Source of the DNA: Antedon mediterranea
Lineage: Eukaryota; Animalia; Echinodermata
Direction: 5' to 3'
DNA: 64,000 nt
Assembly (NCBI RefSeq): GCF_964355755.1
Contig: NC_092680.1
Location: 11,532,001 to 11,596,000 of the forward strand
The first letter of the stretch is position 1. The number at the start of each line of letters is the position of its first letter. A model generated the notes under the pieces. The model saw only the letters and a program-made list of their open reading frames with translations, ran no database searches and was not told where the DNA came from. Made by a program: the position numbers and the translations under genes. Of the stretch, positions 38,830-51,600 are shown piece by piece.

Positions 38830-41800
38830 TAAATACGATATAAAGCTATTTTTTGATCTTTGATGTTTTTGTGTGAAAAGTTTTATCGAAATGCTCAAAA
38901 TGGTCTAAAACGGTTTCTAATGCGATTTGAAGCTATTCTGTACCCTTTGAAGTTTTTTGTGAAAAAGTTTTCTCGAAATGCTCAAAATGGTCTAAAAAGT
39001 TTTCTATTGGGATTTTAAGCACTTTGATGATTTTGTGTAACCAAGTTTCATCGAAATGTACAAAATGGTCTAAAACGTCTCCAAATGCGATTTGAAGCTA
39101 TTCTAAGTACTTTTGTGTTTTTATGTTAACAAGTTTTTTCGAAAATCACAAAATGGTCTAAAACGTCTTCAAATGCGATTTGAAGCTATTCTGTACACTT
39201 TTATGTTTTGTGTGAAAAAGTTTTGTCGAAATTCTCAAAATGGTCTAAAACGTTTTTAAATACGATATTAAGCTGTTTTGTGCACTTTGATGATTTGTGT
39301 GAAAAGTTTTAACGAAATGCTCAAAATGGTCAAAAACGGTTTCTAATGTGATTTTAAGCACTTTGATGTTTTTGTGTAACCAAGTTTTTTCAAAAATCAC
39401 AAAATGGTCTAAAACGTCTCCAAATGCGATTTGAAGCTTTTCTAAGCACTTTGGTGTTTTTATGTTAACAAGTTTTTTCGAAAATCACAAAATGGTCTAA
39501 AACGTCTCCAAATGCGATTTGAAGATATTCTGAGCACTTTGGTGTTTTTATGTTAAAAAGTTTTTTCGAAAATCACAAAATAGTCTAAAACGTCTCCAAA
39601 TGCGATTTGAAGCTATTCTGTACACTTTGATGTTTTGTGTGAAAAAGTTTTGTCGAAATGCTCAAAATGGTCTAAAACGTTTTTAAAACGATATTAAGCT
39701 ATTTTGTGCTCTTTGATGTTTTTGTGTAACCAAGTTTCATCGAAAATCACAAAATGGTCTAAAACGTCTCAAAATGCGATTTGAAGCTTTTCTAAGCACT
39801 TTGGTGTTTTTATGTTAACAAGTTTTTTCGAAAATCACGAAATGGTTTAAAATATCTCCAAATGCGATTTGAAGATATTCTGAGCACTTTGGTGTTTTTA
39901 TGTTAAAAAGTTTTTTCGAAAATCACAAAATGGTCTAAAACGTCTCCAAATGCGAATTGAAGCTCTTCTGTACACTTTGATGTTTTGTGTGAAAAAGTTT
40001 TGTCGAAATGCTCAAAATGGTCTAAAACATTTTCAAATACGATATTAAGCTGTTTTGTGCACTTTGATGATTTGTGTGAAAAGTTTTAACGAAATCCTCA
40101 AAATGGTCTAAAACGGTTTCTAATGTGATTTTAAGCACTTTGATGTTTTTGTGTAACCAAGTTTTATCGAAAATCACAAAATAGTCTAAAACGTCTCCAA
40201 ATGCGATTTGAAGCTTTTCTAAGCACTTTGGTGTTTTTATGTTAACAAGTGTTTTCGAAAATCACAAAATGGTCTAAAACGTCTCCAAATGCGATTTGAG
40301 GATATTCTGAGCACTTTGGTGTTTTTTTGTTAAAAAGTTTTTTCGAAAATCACAAAATGGTCTAAAACGTCTCCAAATGCGATTTGAAGCTATTCTGTAC
40401 ACTTTGATGTTTTGTGTGAAAAAGTTTTGTCGAAATGCTCAAAATGGTCTAAAACATTTTTAAATACGATATTAAGCTATTTTGTGATCTTTGATGTTTT
40501 TGTGTGAAAAGTTTTATCGAAATGCTCAAAATGGTCTAAAACGGTTTCTATTGTGATTTTAAGCACTTTGATGATTTTGTGTAACCAAGTTTCATCGAAA
40601 TGTACAAAATGGTCTAAAACGTCTCCAAATGCGATTTGAAGCTATTCTAAGTACTTTTGTGTTTTTATGTTAACAAGTTTTTTCGAAAATCACAAAATGG
40701 TCTAAAACGTCTTCAAATGCGATTTGAAGCTATTCTGTACACTTTGATGTTTTGTGTGAAAAAGTTTTGTCAAAATGCTCAAAATGGTCTAAAACGTTTT
40801 TAAAACGATATTAAGCTATTTTGTGCTCTTTGATGTTTTTGTGTAACCAAGTTTCATCGAAAATCACAACATGGTCTAAAACGTCTTCAAATGCGATTTG
40901 AAGCTTTTCTAAGCACTTTGGTGTTTTTATGTTAACAAGTTTTTTCGAAAATCACAAAATGGTCTAAAACGTCTCCAAATGCGATTTGAAGCTCTTCTGT
41001 ACACTTTGATGTTTTGTTTGAAAAAGTTTTGTCGAAATTCTCAAAATGGTCTAAAACGTTTTTAAATTCGATATTAAGCTGTTTTGTGCACTTTGATGAT
41101 TTGTGTGAAAAGTTTTAACGAAATGCTCAAAATGGTCAAAAACGGTTTCTAATGTGATTTTAAGCACTTTGATGTTTTTGTGTAACCAAGTTTTTTCGAA
41201 AATCACAAAATGGTCTAAAACGTCTCCAAATGCGATTTGAGGATATTCTGAGCACTTTGGTGTTTTTATGTTAAAAAGTTTTTTCGAAAATCACAAAATG
41301 GTCTAAAACGTCTCAAAATGCGATTTGAAGCTAATCTGTACACTTTGATGTTTTGTGTGAAAAAGTTTTGTCGAAATGCTCAAAATGGTCTAAAACGTTT
41401 TTAAAACGATATTAAGCTATTTTGTGCTCTTTGATGTTTTTGTGTAACCAAGTTTCATCGAAATCAACAAAATGGTCTAATACGTCTCCAAATGCGATTT
41501 GAAGCTTTTCCAAGCACTTTGCTGTTTTTATGTTAACAAGTTTTTTCGAAAATCACAAAATGGTCTAAAACGTCTTCAAATGCGATTTGAAGCTATTCTG
41601 TAGACTTTGATGTTTTGTGTGAAAAAGTTTTGTCGAAATGCTCAAAATGGTCTAAAACGTTTTTAAATACGATATTAAGCTATTTTGTGATCTTTGATGT
41701 TTTTGTGTGAAAAGTTTTATCAAAATGCTCAAAATGGTCTGAAACGGTTTCTAATGCGATTTGAAGCTATTCTGTACACTTTGAAGTTTTGTGTGAAAAA

Positions 41801-43560
41801 GTTTTCTCGAAATGCTCAAAATGGTCTAAAACGTTTTTATATACCATATTAAGCTATTTTGTGCACTTTGATGTTTTTTGTGAAAAGTTTTATCGAAATG
41901 CTCAAAATGGTCTAAAACGGTTTCTATTGGGATTTTAAGCACTTTGATGATTTTGTGTAACCAAGTTTCATCGAAATGTACAAAATGGTCTAAAACGTCT
42001 CCAAATGCGATTTGAAGCTATTCTAAGTACTTTTGTGTTTTTATGTTAACAAGTTTTTTCGAAAATCACAAAATGGTCTAAAACGTCTTTCAAATGCGAT
42101 TTGAAGCTATTCTGTACACTTTTATGTTTTGTGTGAAAAAGTTTTGTCGAAATTCTCAAAATGGTCTAAAACGTTTTTAAATACGATATTAAGCTGTTTT
42201 GTGCACTTTGATGATTTGTGTGAAAAGTTTTAACGAAATGCTCAAAATGGTCAAAAACGGTTTCTAATGTGATTTTAAGCACTTTGATGTTTTTGTGTAA
42301 CCAAGTTTTTTCAAAAATCACAAAATGGTCTAAAACGTCTCCAAATGCGATTTGAAGCTTTTCTAAGCACTTTGGTGTTTTTATGTTAACAAGTTTTTTC
42401 GAAAATCACAAAATGGTCTAAAACGTCTCCAAATGCGATTTGAAGATATTCTGAGCACTTTGGTGTTTTTATGTTAAACAGTTTTTTCGAAAATCACAAA
42501 ATAGTCTAAAACGTCTCCAAATGCGATTTGAAGCTATTCTGTACACTTTGATGTTTTGTGTGAAAAAGTTTTGTCGAAATGCTCAAAATGGTCTAAAACG
42601 TTTTTAAAACGATATTAAGCTATTTTGTGCTCTTTGATGTTTTTTTGTAACCAAGTTTCATCGAAAATCACAAAATGGTCTAAAACGTCTCAAAATGCGA
42701 TTTGAAGCTTTTCTAAGCAATTTGGTGTTTTTATGTTAACAAGTTTTTTCGAAAATCACGAAATGGTCTAAAATGTCTCCAAATGCGATTTGAAGATATT
42801 CTGAGCACTTTGGTGTTTTTATGTTAAAAAGTTTTTTCGAAAATCACAAAATGGTCTAAAACGTCTCCAAATGCGATTTGAAGCTCTTCTGTACACTTTG
42901 ATGTTTTGTGTGAAAAAGTTTTGTCGAAATGCTCAAAATGGTCTAAAACGTTTTCAAATACGATATTAAGCTGTTTTGTGCACTTTGATGATTTGTGTGA
43001 AAAGTTTTAACGAAATGCTCAAAATGGTCTAAAACGGTTTCTAATGTGATTTTAAGCACTTTGGTGTTTTTATGTTAACAAGTTTTTTCGAAAATCACAA
43101 AATGGTCTAAAACGTCTCCAAATGCGATTTGAGGATATTCTGAGCACTTTGGTGTTTTTTTGTTAAAAAGTTTTTTCGAAAATCACAAAATGGTCTAAAA
43201 CGTCTCCAAATGCGATTTGAAGCTATTCTGTACACTTTGATGTTTTGTGTGAAAAAGTTTTGTCGAAATGCTCAAAATGGTCTAAAACATTTTTAAATAC
43301 GATATTAAGCTATTTTGTGATCTTTGATGTTTTTGTGTGAAAAGTTTTATCGAAATGCTCAAAATGGTCTAAAACGGTTTCTATTGTGATTTTAAGCACT
43401 TTGATGATTTTGTGTAACCAAGTTTCATCGAAATGTACAAAATGGTCTAAAACGTCTCCAAATGCGATTTGAAGCTATTCTAAGTACTTTTGTGTTTTTA
43501 TGTTAACAAGTTTTTTCGAAAATCACAAAATGGTCTAAAACGTCTTCAAATGCGATTTGA
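38830..43560 (+). repeat. Dispersed copy of ~19400-24200 (offset 19434, then 19348 after loss of one 86-bp monomer)
   Basis: Shared markers gatatAaagc (19408/38842), gtacCctttg, ggtTtaaaatatc (~20498/39846), aaatCctc (~20748/40096), gctaAtctg (21986/41334). Confidence 0.85.
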
Positions 43561-45689
43561 AGCACTTTGATGATTTTGTGTAACCAAGTTTCATCGAAAT
43601 GTACAAAATGGTCTAAAACGTCTCCAAATGCGATTTGAAGCTCTTCTGTACACTTTGATGTTTTGTGTGAAAAAGTTTTGTCGAAATTCTCAAAATGGTC
43701 TAAAACGTTTTTAAATACGATATTAAGCTGTTTTGTGCACTTTGATGATTTGTGTGAAAAGTTTTAACGAAATGCTCAAAATGGTCAAAAACGGTTTCTA
43801 ATGTGATTTTAAGCACTTTGATGTTTTTGTGTAACCAAGTTTTTTCGAAAATCACAAAATGGTCTAAAACGTCTCCAAATGCGATTTGAAGCTTTTCTAA
43901 GCACTTTGGTGTTTTTATGTTAACAAGTTTTTTCGAAAATCACAAAATGGTCTAAAACGTCTCCAAATGCGATTTGAGGATATTCTGAGCACTTTGGTGT
44001 TTTTATGTTAAAAAGTTTTTTCGAAAATAACAAAATGGTCTAAAACGTCTCCAAATGCGATTTGAAGCTATTCTGTACACTTTGATGTTTTGTGTGAAAA
44101 AGTTTTGTCGAAATGCTCAAAATGGTCTAAAACGTTTTTAAAACGATATTAAGCTATTTTGTGCTCTTTGATGTTTTTGTGTAACCAAGTTTCATCGAAA
44201 TCAACAAAATGGTCTAATACGTCTCCAAATGCGATTTGAAGCTTTTCCAAGCACCTTGCTGTTTTTATGTTAACAAGTTTTTTCGAAAATCACAAAATGG
44301 TCTAAAACGTCTTCAAATGCGATTTGAAGCTATTCTGTACACTTTGATGTTTTGTGTGAAAAAGTTTTGTCGAAATGCTCAAAATGGTCTAAAACGTTTT
44401 TAAATACGATATTAAGCTATTTTGTGATCTTTGATGTTTTTGTGTGAAAAGTTTTATCGAAATGCTCAAAATGGTCTAAAACGGTTTCTAATGCGATTTG
44501 AAGCTATTCTGTACCCTTTTGAAGTTTTTTGTGAAAAAGTTTTCTCGAAATGCTCAAAATGGTCTAAAAAGTTTTTATATACCATATTAAGCTATTTTGT
44601 GCACTTTGATGTTTTTTGTGAAAAGTTTTATCGAAATGCTCAAAATGGTCTAAAACGGTTTCTATTGTGATTTTAAGCACTTTGATGATTTTGTGTAACC
44701 AAGTTTCATCGAAATGTACAAAATGGTCTAAAACGTCTCCAAATGCGATTTGAAGCTATTCTAAGTACTTTTGTGTTTTTATGTTAACAAGTTTTTTTGA
44801 AAATCACAAAATGGTCTAAAACGTCTTCAAATGCGATTTGAAGCTATTCTGTACACTTTTATGTTTTGTGTGAAAAAGTTTTGTCGAAATTCTCAAAATG
44901 GTCTAAAACGTTTTTAAATACGATATTAAGCTGTTTTGTGCACTTTGATGATTTGTGTGAAAAGTTTTAACGAAATGCTCAAAATGGTCAAAAACGGTTT
45001 CTAATGTGATTTTAAGCACTTTGATGTTTTTGTGTAACCAAGTTTTTTCAAAAATCACAAAATGGTCTAAAACGTCTCCAAATGCGATTTGAAGCTTTTC
45101 TAAGCACTTTGGTGTTTTTATGTTAACAAGTTTTTTCGAAAATCACAAAATGGTCTAAAACGTCTCCAAATGCGATTTGAAGATATTCTGAGCACTTTGG
45201 TGTTTTTATGTTAAAAAGTTTTTTCGAAAATCACAAAATAGTCTAAAACGTCTCCAAATGCGATTTGAAGCTATTCTGTACACTTTGATGTTTTGTGTGA
45301 AAAAGTTTTGTCGAAATGCTCAAAATGGTCTAAAACGTTTTTAAAACGATATTAAGCTATTTTGTGCTCTTTGATGTTTTTGTGTAACCAAGTTTCATCG
45401 AAAATCACAAAATGGTCTAAAACGTCTCAAAATGCGATTTGAAGCTTTTCTAAGCACTTTGGTGTTTTTATGTTAACAAGTTTTTTCGAAAATCACGAAA
45501 TGGTCTAAAATGTCTCCAAATGCGATTTGAAGATATTCTGAGCACTTTGGTGTTTTTATGTTAAAAAGTTTTTTCGAAAATCACAAAATGGTCTAAAACG
45601 TCTCCAAATGCGATTTGAAGCTCTTCTGTACACTTTGATGTTTTGTGTGAAAAAGTTTTGTCGAAATGCTCAAAATGGTCTAAAACGTT

Positions 45690-48600
45690 TTTAAATACGA
45701 TATTAAGCTGTTTTGTGCACTTTGATGATTTGTGTGAAAAGTTTTAACGAAATGCTCAAAATGGTCTAAAACGGTTTCTAATGTGATTTTAAGCACTTTG
45801 ATGTTTTTGTGTAACCAAGTTTTTTCGAAAATCACAAAATAGTCTAAAACGTCTCCAAATGCGATTTGAAGCTTTTCTAAGCACTTTGGTGTTTTTATGT
45901 TAACAAGTTTTTTCGAAAATCACAAAATGGTCTAAAACGTCTCCAAATGCGATTTGAGGATATTCTGAGCACTTTGGTGTTTTTTTGTTAAAAAGTTTTT
46001 TCGAAAATAACAAAATGGTCTAAAACGTCTCCAAATGCGATTTGAAGCTATTCTGTACACTTTGATGTTTTGTGTGAAAAAGTTTTGTCGAAATGCTCAA
46101 AATGGTCTAAAACGTTTTTAAATACGATATTAAGCTATTTTGTGATCTTTGATGTTTTTGTGTGAAAAGTTTTATCGAAATGCTCAAAATGGTCTAAAAC
46201 GGTTTCTATTGTGATTTTAAGCACTTTGATGATTTTGTGTAACCAAGTTTCATCGAAATGTACAAAATGGTCTAAAACGTCTCCAAATGCGATTTGAAGC
46301 TATTCTAAGTACTTTTGTGTTTTTATGTTAACAAGTTTTTTCGAAAATCACAAAATGGTCTAAAACGTCTTCAAATGCGATTTGAAGCTATTCTGTACAC
46401 TTTGATGTTTTGTGTGAAAAAGTTTTGTCAAAATGCTCAAAATGGTCTAAAACGTTTTTAAAACGATATTAAGCTATTTTGTGCTCTTTGATGTTTTTGT
46501 GTAACCAAGTTTCAACGAAAATCACAAAATGGTCTAAAACGTCTCCAAATGCGATTTGAAGCTTTTCTAAGCACTTTGGTGTTTTTATGTTAACAAGTTT
46601 TTTCGAAAATCACAAAATGGTCTAAAACGTCTCCAAATGCGATTTGAAGCTCTTCTGTACACTTTGATGTTTTGTGTGAAAAAGTTTTGTCGAAATTCTC
46701 AAAATGGTCTAAAAGGTTTTTAAATACGATATTAAGCTGTTTTGTGCACTTTGATGATTTGTGTGAAAAGTTTTAACGAAATGCTCAAAATGGTCTAAAA
46801 CGGTTTCTAATGTGATTTTAAGCACTTTGATGTTTTTGTGTAACCAAGTTTTTTCGAAAATCACAAAATGGTCTAATACGTCTCCAAATGCGATTTGAAG
46901 CTTTTCCAAGCACTTTGCTGTTTTTATGTTAAGTTTTTTCGAAAATCACAAAATGGTCTAAAACGTCTTCAAATGCGATTTGAAGCTATTCTGTACACTT
47001 TGATGTTTTGTGTGAAAAAGTTTTGTCGAAATGCTCAAAATGGTCTAAAACGTTTTTAAATACGATATTAAGCTATTTTGTGATCTTTGATGTTTTTGTG
47101 TGAAAAGTTTTATCAAAATGCTCAAAATGGTCTGAAACGGTTTCTAATGCGATTTGAAGCTATTCTGTACACTTTGAAGTTTTGTGTGAAAAAGTTTTCT
47201 CGAAATGCTCAAAATGGTCTAAAACGTTTTTATATACCATATTAAGCTATTTTGTGCACTTTGATGTTTTTTTTGAAAAGTTTTATCGAAATGCTCAAAA
47301 TGGTCTAAAACGGTTTCTATTGGGATTTTAAGCACTTTGATGATTTTGTGTAACCAAGTTTCATCGAAATGTACAAAATGGTCTAAAACGTCTCCAAATG
47401 CGATTTGAAGCTATTCTAAGTACTTTTGTGTTTTTATGTTAACAAGTTTTTTCGAAAATCACAAAATGGTCTAAAACGTCTTCAAATGCGATTTGAAGCT
47501 ATTCTGTACACTTTGATGTTTTGTGTGAAAAAGTTTTGTCGAAATGCTCAAAATGGTCAAAAATGGTTTCTAATGTGATTTTAAGCACAAGCACTTTGGT
47601 GTTTTTATGTTAACAAGTTTTTTCGAAAATCACAAAATGGTCTAAAACGTCTCCAAATGCGATTTGAAGATATTCTGAGCACTTTGGTGTTTTTATGTTA
47701 AAAAGTTTTTTCGAAAATCACAAAATAGTCTAAAACGTCTCAAAATGCGATTTGAAGCTATTCTGTACACTTTGATGTTTTGTGTGAAAAAGTTTTGTCG
47801 AAATGCTCAAAATGGTCTAAAACGTTTTTAAAACGATATTAAGCTATTTTGTGCTCTTTGATGTTTTTGTGTAACCAAGTTTCATCGAAAATCACAAAAT
47901 GGTCTAAAACGTCTCCAAATGCGATTTGAAGCTTTTCTAAGCACTTTGGTGTTTTTATGTTAACAAGTTTTTTCGAAAACCACGAAATGGTCTAAAATGT
48001 CTCCAAATGCGATTTGAAGATATTCTGAGCACTTTGGTGTTTTTATGTTAAAACGTTTTTTCGAAAATCACAAAATGGTCTAAAACGTTTTTAAATACGA
48101 TATTAAGCTATTTTGTGATCTTTGATGTTTTTGTGTGAAAAGTTTTATCGAAATGCTCAAAATGGTCTAAAACGGTTTCTAATGCGATTTAAAGCTATTC
48201 TGTACACTTTGAAGTTTTTTGTGAAAAAGTTTTCTCGAAATGCTCAAAATGGTCTAAAACGTTTTTATATACCATATTAAGCTATTTTGTGCACTTTGAT
48301 GTTTTTTGTGAAAAGTTTTATCGAAATTCTCAAAATGGTCTAAAACGGTTTCTATTGTGATTTTAAGCACTTTGATGATTTTGTGTAACCAAGTTTCATC
48401 GAAATGTACAAAATGGTCTAAAACGTCTCCAAATGCGATTTGAAGCTATTCTAAGTACTTTTGTGTTTTTATGTTAACAAGTTTTTTCGAAAATCACGAA
48501 ATGGTCTAAAATGTCTCCAAATGCGATTTGAAGATATTCTGAGCACTTTGGTGTTTTTATGTTAAAAAGTTTTTTCGAAAATCACAAAATAGTCTAAAAC

Positions 48601-51600
48601 GTCTCCAAATGCGATTTGAAGCTATTCTGTACACTTTGATGTTTTGTGTGAAAAAGTTTTGTCGAAATGCTCAAAATGGTCTAAAACGTTTTTAAAACGA
48701 TATTAAGCTATTTTGTGCTCTTTGATGTTTTTGTGTAACCAAGTTTCATCGAAAATCACAAAATGGTCTAAAACGTCTCAAAATGCGATTTGAAGCTTTT
48801 CTAAGCACTTTGGTGTTTTTATGTTAACAAGTTTTTTCGAAAATCACGAAATGGTCTAAAATGTCTCCAAATGCGATTTGAAGATATTCTGAGAACTTTG
48901 GTGTTTTTATGTTAAAAAGTTTTTTCGAAAATCACAAAATGGTCTAAAACGTCTCCAAATGCGATTTGAAGCTCTTCTGTACACTTTGATGTTTTGTGTG
49001 AAAAAGTTTTGTCGAAATGCTCAAAATGGTCTAAAACGTTTTTAAATACGATATTAAGCTGTTTTGTGCACTTTGATGATTTGTGTGAAAAGTTTTAACG
49101 AAATGCTCAAAATGGTCTAAAACGGTTTCTAATGTGATTTTAAGCACTTTGATGTTTTTGTGTAACCAAGTTTTTTCGAAAATCACAAAATAGTCTAAAA
49201 CGTCTCCAAATGCGATTTGAAGCTTTTCTAAGCACTTTGGTGTTTTTATGTTAACAAGTTTTTTCGAAAATCACAAAATGGTCTAAAACGTCTCCAAATG
49301 CGATTTGAGGATATTCTGAGCACTTTGGTGTTTTTTCGTTAAAAAGTTTTTTCGAAAATCACAAAATGGTCTAAAACGTCTCCAAATGCGATTTGAAGCT
49401 ATTCTGTACACTTTGATGTTTTGTGTGAAAAAGTTTTGTCGAAATGCTCAAAATGGTCTAAAACGTTTTGAAATACGATATTAAGCTATTTTGTGATCTT
49501 TGATGTTTTTGTGTGAAAAGTTTTATCGAAATGCTCAAAATGGTCTAAAACGGTTTCTATTGTGATTTTAAGCACTTTGATGATTTTGTGTAACCAAGTT
49601 TCATCGAAATGTACAAAATGGTCTAAAATGTCTCCAAATGCGATTTGAAGCTATTCTAAGTACTTTTGTGTTTTTATGTTAACAAGTTTTTTCGAAAATC
49701 ACAAAATGGTCTAAAACGTCTTCAAATGCGATTTGAAGCTATTCTGTACACTTTGATGTTTTGTGTGAAAAAGTTTTGTCAAAATGCTCAAAATGGTCTA
49801 AAACGTTTTTAAAACGATATTAAGCTATTTTGTGCTCTTTGATGTTTTTGTGTAACCAAGTTTCATCGAAAATCACAAAATGGTCTAAAACGTCTCCAAA
49901 TGCGATTTGAAGCTTTTCTAAGCACTTTGGTGTTTTTATGTTAACAAGTTTTTTCGAAAATCACAAAATGGTCTAAAACATCTCCAAATGCGATTTGAAG
50001 CTCTTCTGTACACTTTGATGTTTTGTGTGAAAAAGTTTTGTCGAAATTCTCAAAATGGTCTAAAAGGTTTTTAAATACGATATTAAGCTGTTTTGTGCAC
50101 TTTGATGATTTGTGTGAAAAGTTTTAACGAAATGCTCAAAATGGTCTAAAACGGTTTCTAATGTGATTTTAAGCACTTTGATGTTTTTGTGTAACCAAGT
50201 TTTTTCGAAAATCACAAAATAGTCTAAAACGTCTCCAAATGCGATTTGAAGCTTTTCTAAGCACTTTGGTGTTTTTATGTTTACAAGTTTTTTCGAAAAT
50301 CACAAAATGGTCTAAAACGTCTCCAAATGCGATTTGAGGATATTCTGAGCACTTTGGTGTTTTTTTGTTAAAAAGTTTTTTCGAAAATCACAAAATGGTC
50401 TAAAACGTCTCCAAATGCGATTTGAAGCTATTCTGTACACTTTGATGTTTTGTGTGAAAAAGTTTTGTCGAAATGCTCAAAATGGTCTAAAACGTTTTTA
50501 AATACGATATTAGGCTATTTTGTGATCTTTGATGTTTTTGTGTGAAAAGTTTTATCGAAATGCTCAAAATGGTCTAAAACGGTTTCTATTGTTATTTTAA
50601 GCACTTTGATGATTTTGTGTAACCAAGTTTCATCGAAATGTACAAAATGGTCTAAAACGTCTCCAAATGCGATTTGAAGCTATTCTAAGTACTTTTGTGT
50701 TTTTATGTTAACAAGTTTTTTCGAAAATCACAAAATGGTCTAAAACGTCTTCAAATGCGAATTTAAGCTATTCTGTACACTTTGATGTTTTGTGTGAAAA
50801 AGTTTTGTCAAAATGCTCAAAATGGTCTAAAACGTTTTTAAAACGATATTAAGCTATTTTGTGCTCTTTGATGTTTTTGTGTAACCAAGTTTCAACGAAA
50901 ATCACAAAATGGTCTAAAACGTCTCCAAATGCGATTTGAAGCTTTTCTAAGCACTTTGGTGTTTTTATGTTAACAAGTTTTTTCGAAAATCACAAAATGG
51001 TCTAAAACGTCTCCAAATGCGATTTGAAGCTCTTCTGTACACTTTGATGTTTTGTGTGAAAAAGTTTTGTCGAAATTCTCAAAATGGTCTAAAAGGTTTT
51101 TAAATACGATATTAAGCTGTTTTGTGCACTTTGATGATTTGTGTGAAAAGTTTTAACGAAATGCTCAAAATGGTCTAAAACGGTTTCTAATGTGATTTTA
51201 AGCACTTTGATGTTTTTGTGTAACCAAGTTTTTTCGAAAATCACAAAATGGTCTAATACGTCTCCAAATGCGATTTGAAGCTTTTCCAAGCACTTTGCTG
51301 TTTTTATGTTAAGTTTTTTCGAAAATCACAAAATGGTCTAAAACGTCTTCAAATGCGATTTGAAGCTATTCTGTACACTTTGATGTTTTGTGTGAAAAAG
51401 TTTTGTCGAAATGCTCAAAATGGTCTAAAACGTTTTTAAATACGATATTAAGCTATTTTGTGATCTTTGATGTTTTTGTGTGAAAAGTTTTATCAAAATG
51501 CTCAAAATGGTCTGAAACGGTTTCTAATGCGATTTGAAGCTATTCTGTACACTTTGAAGTTTTGTGTGAAAAAGTTTTCTCGAAATGCTCAAAATGGTCT

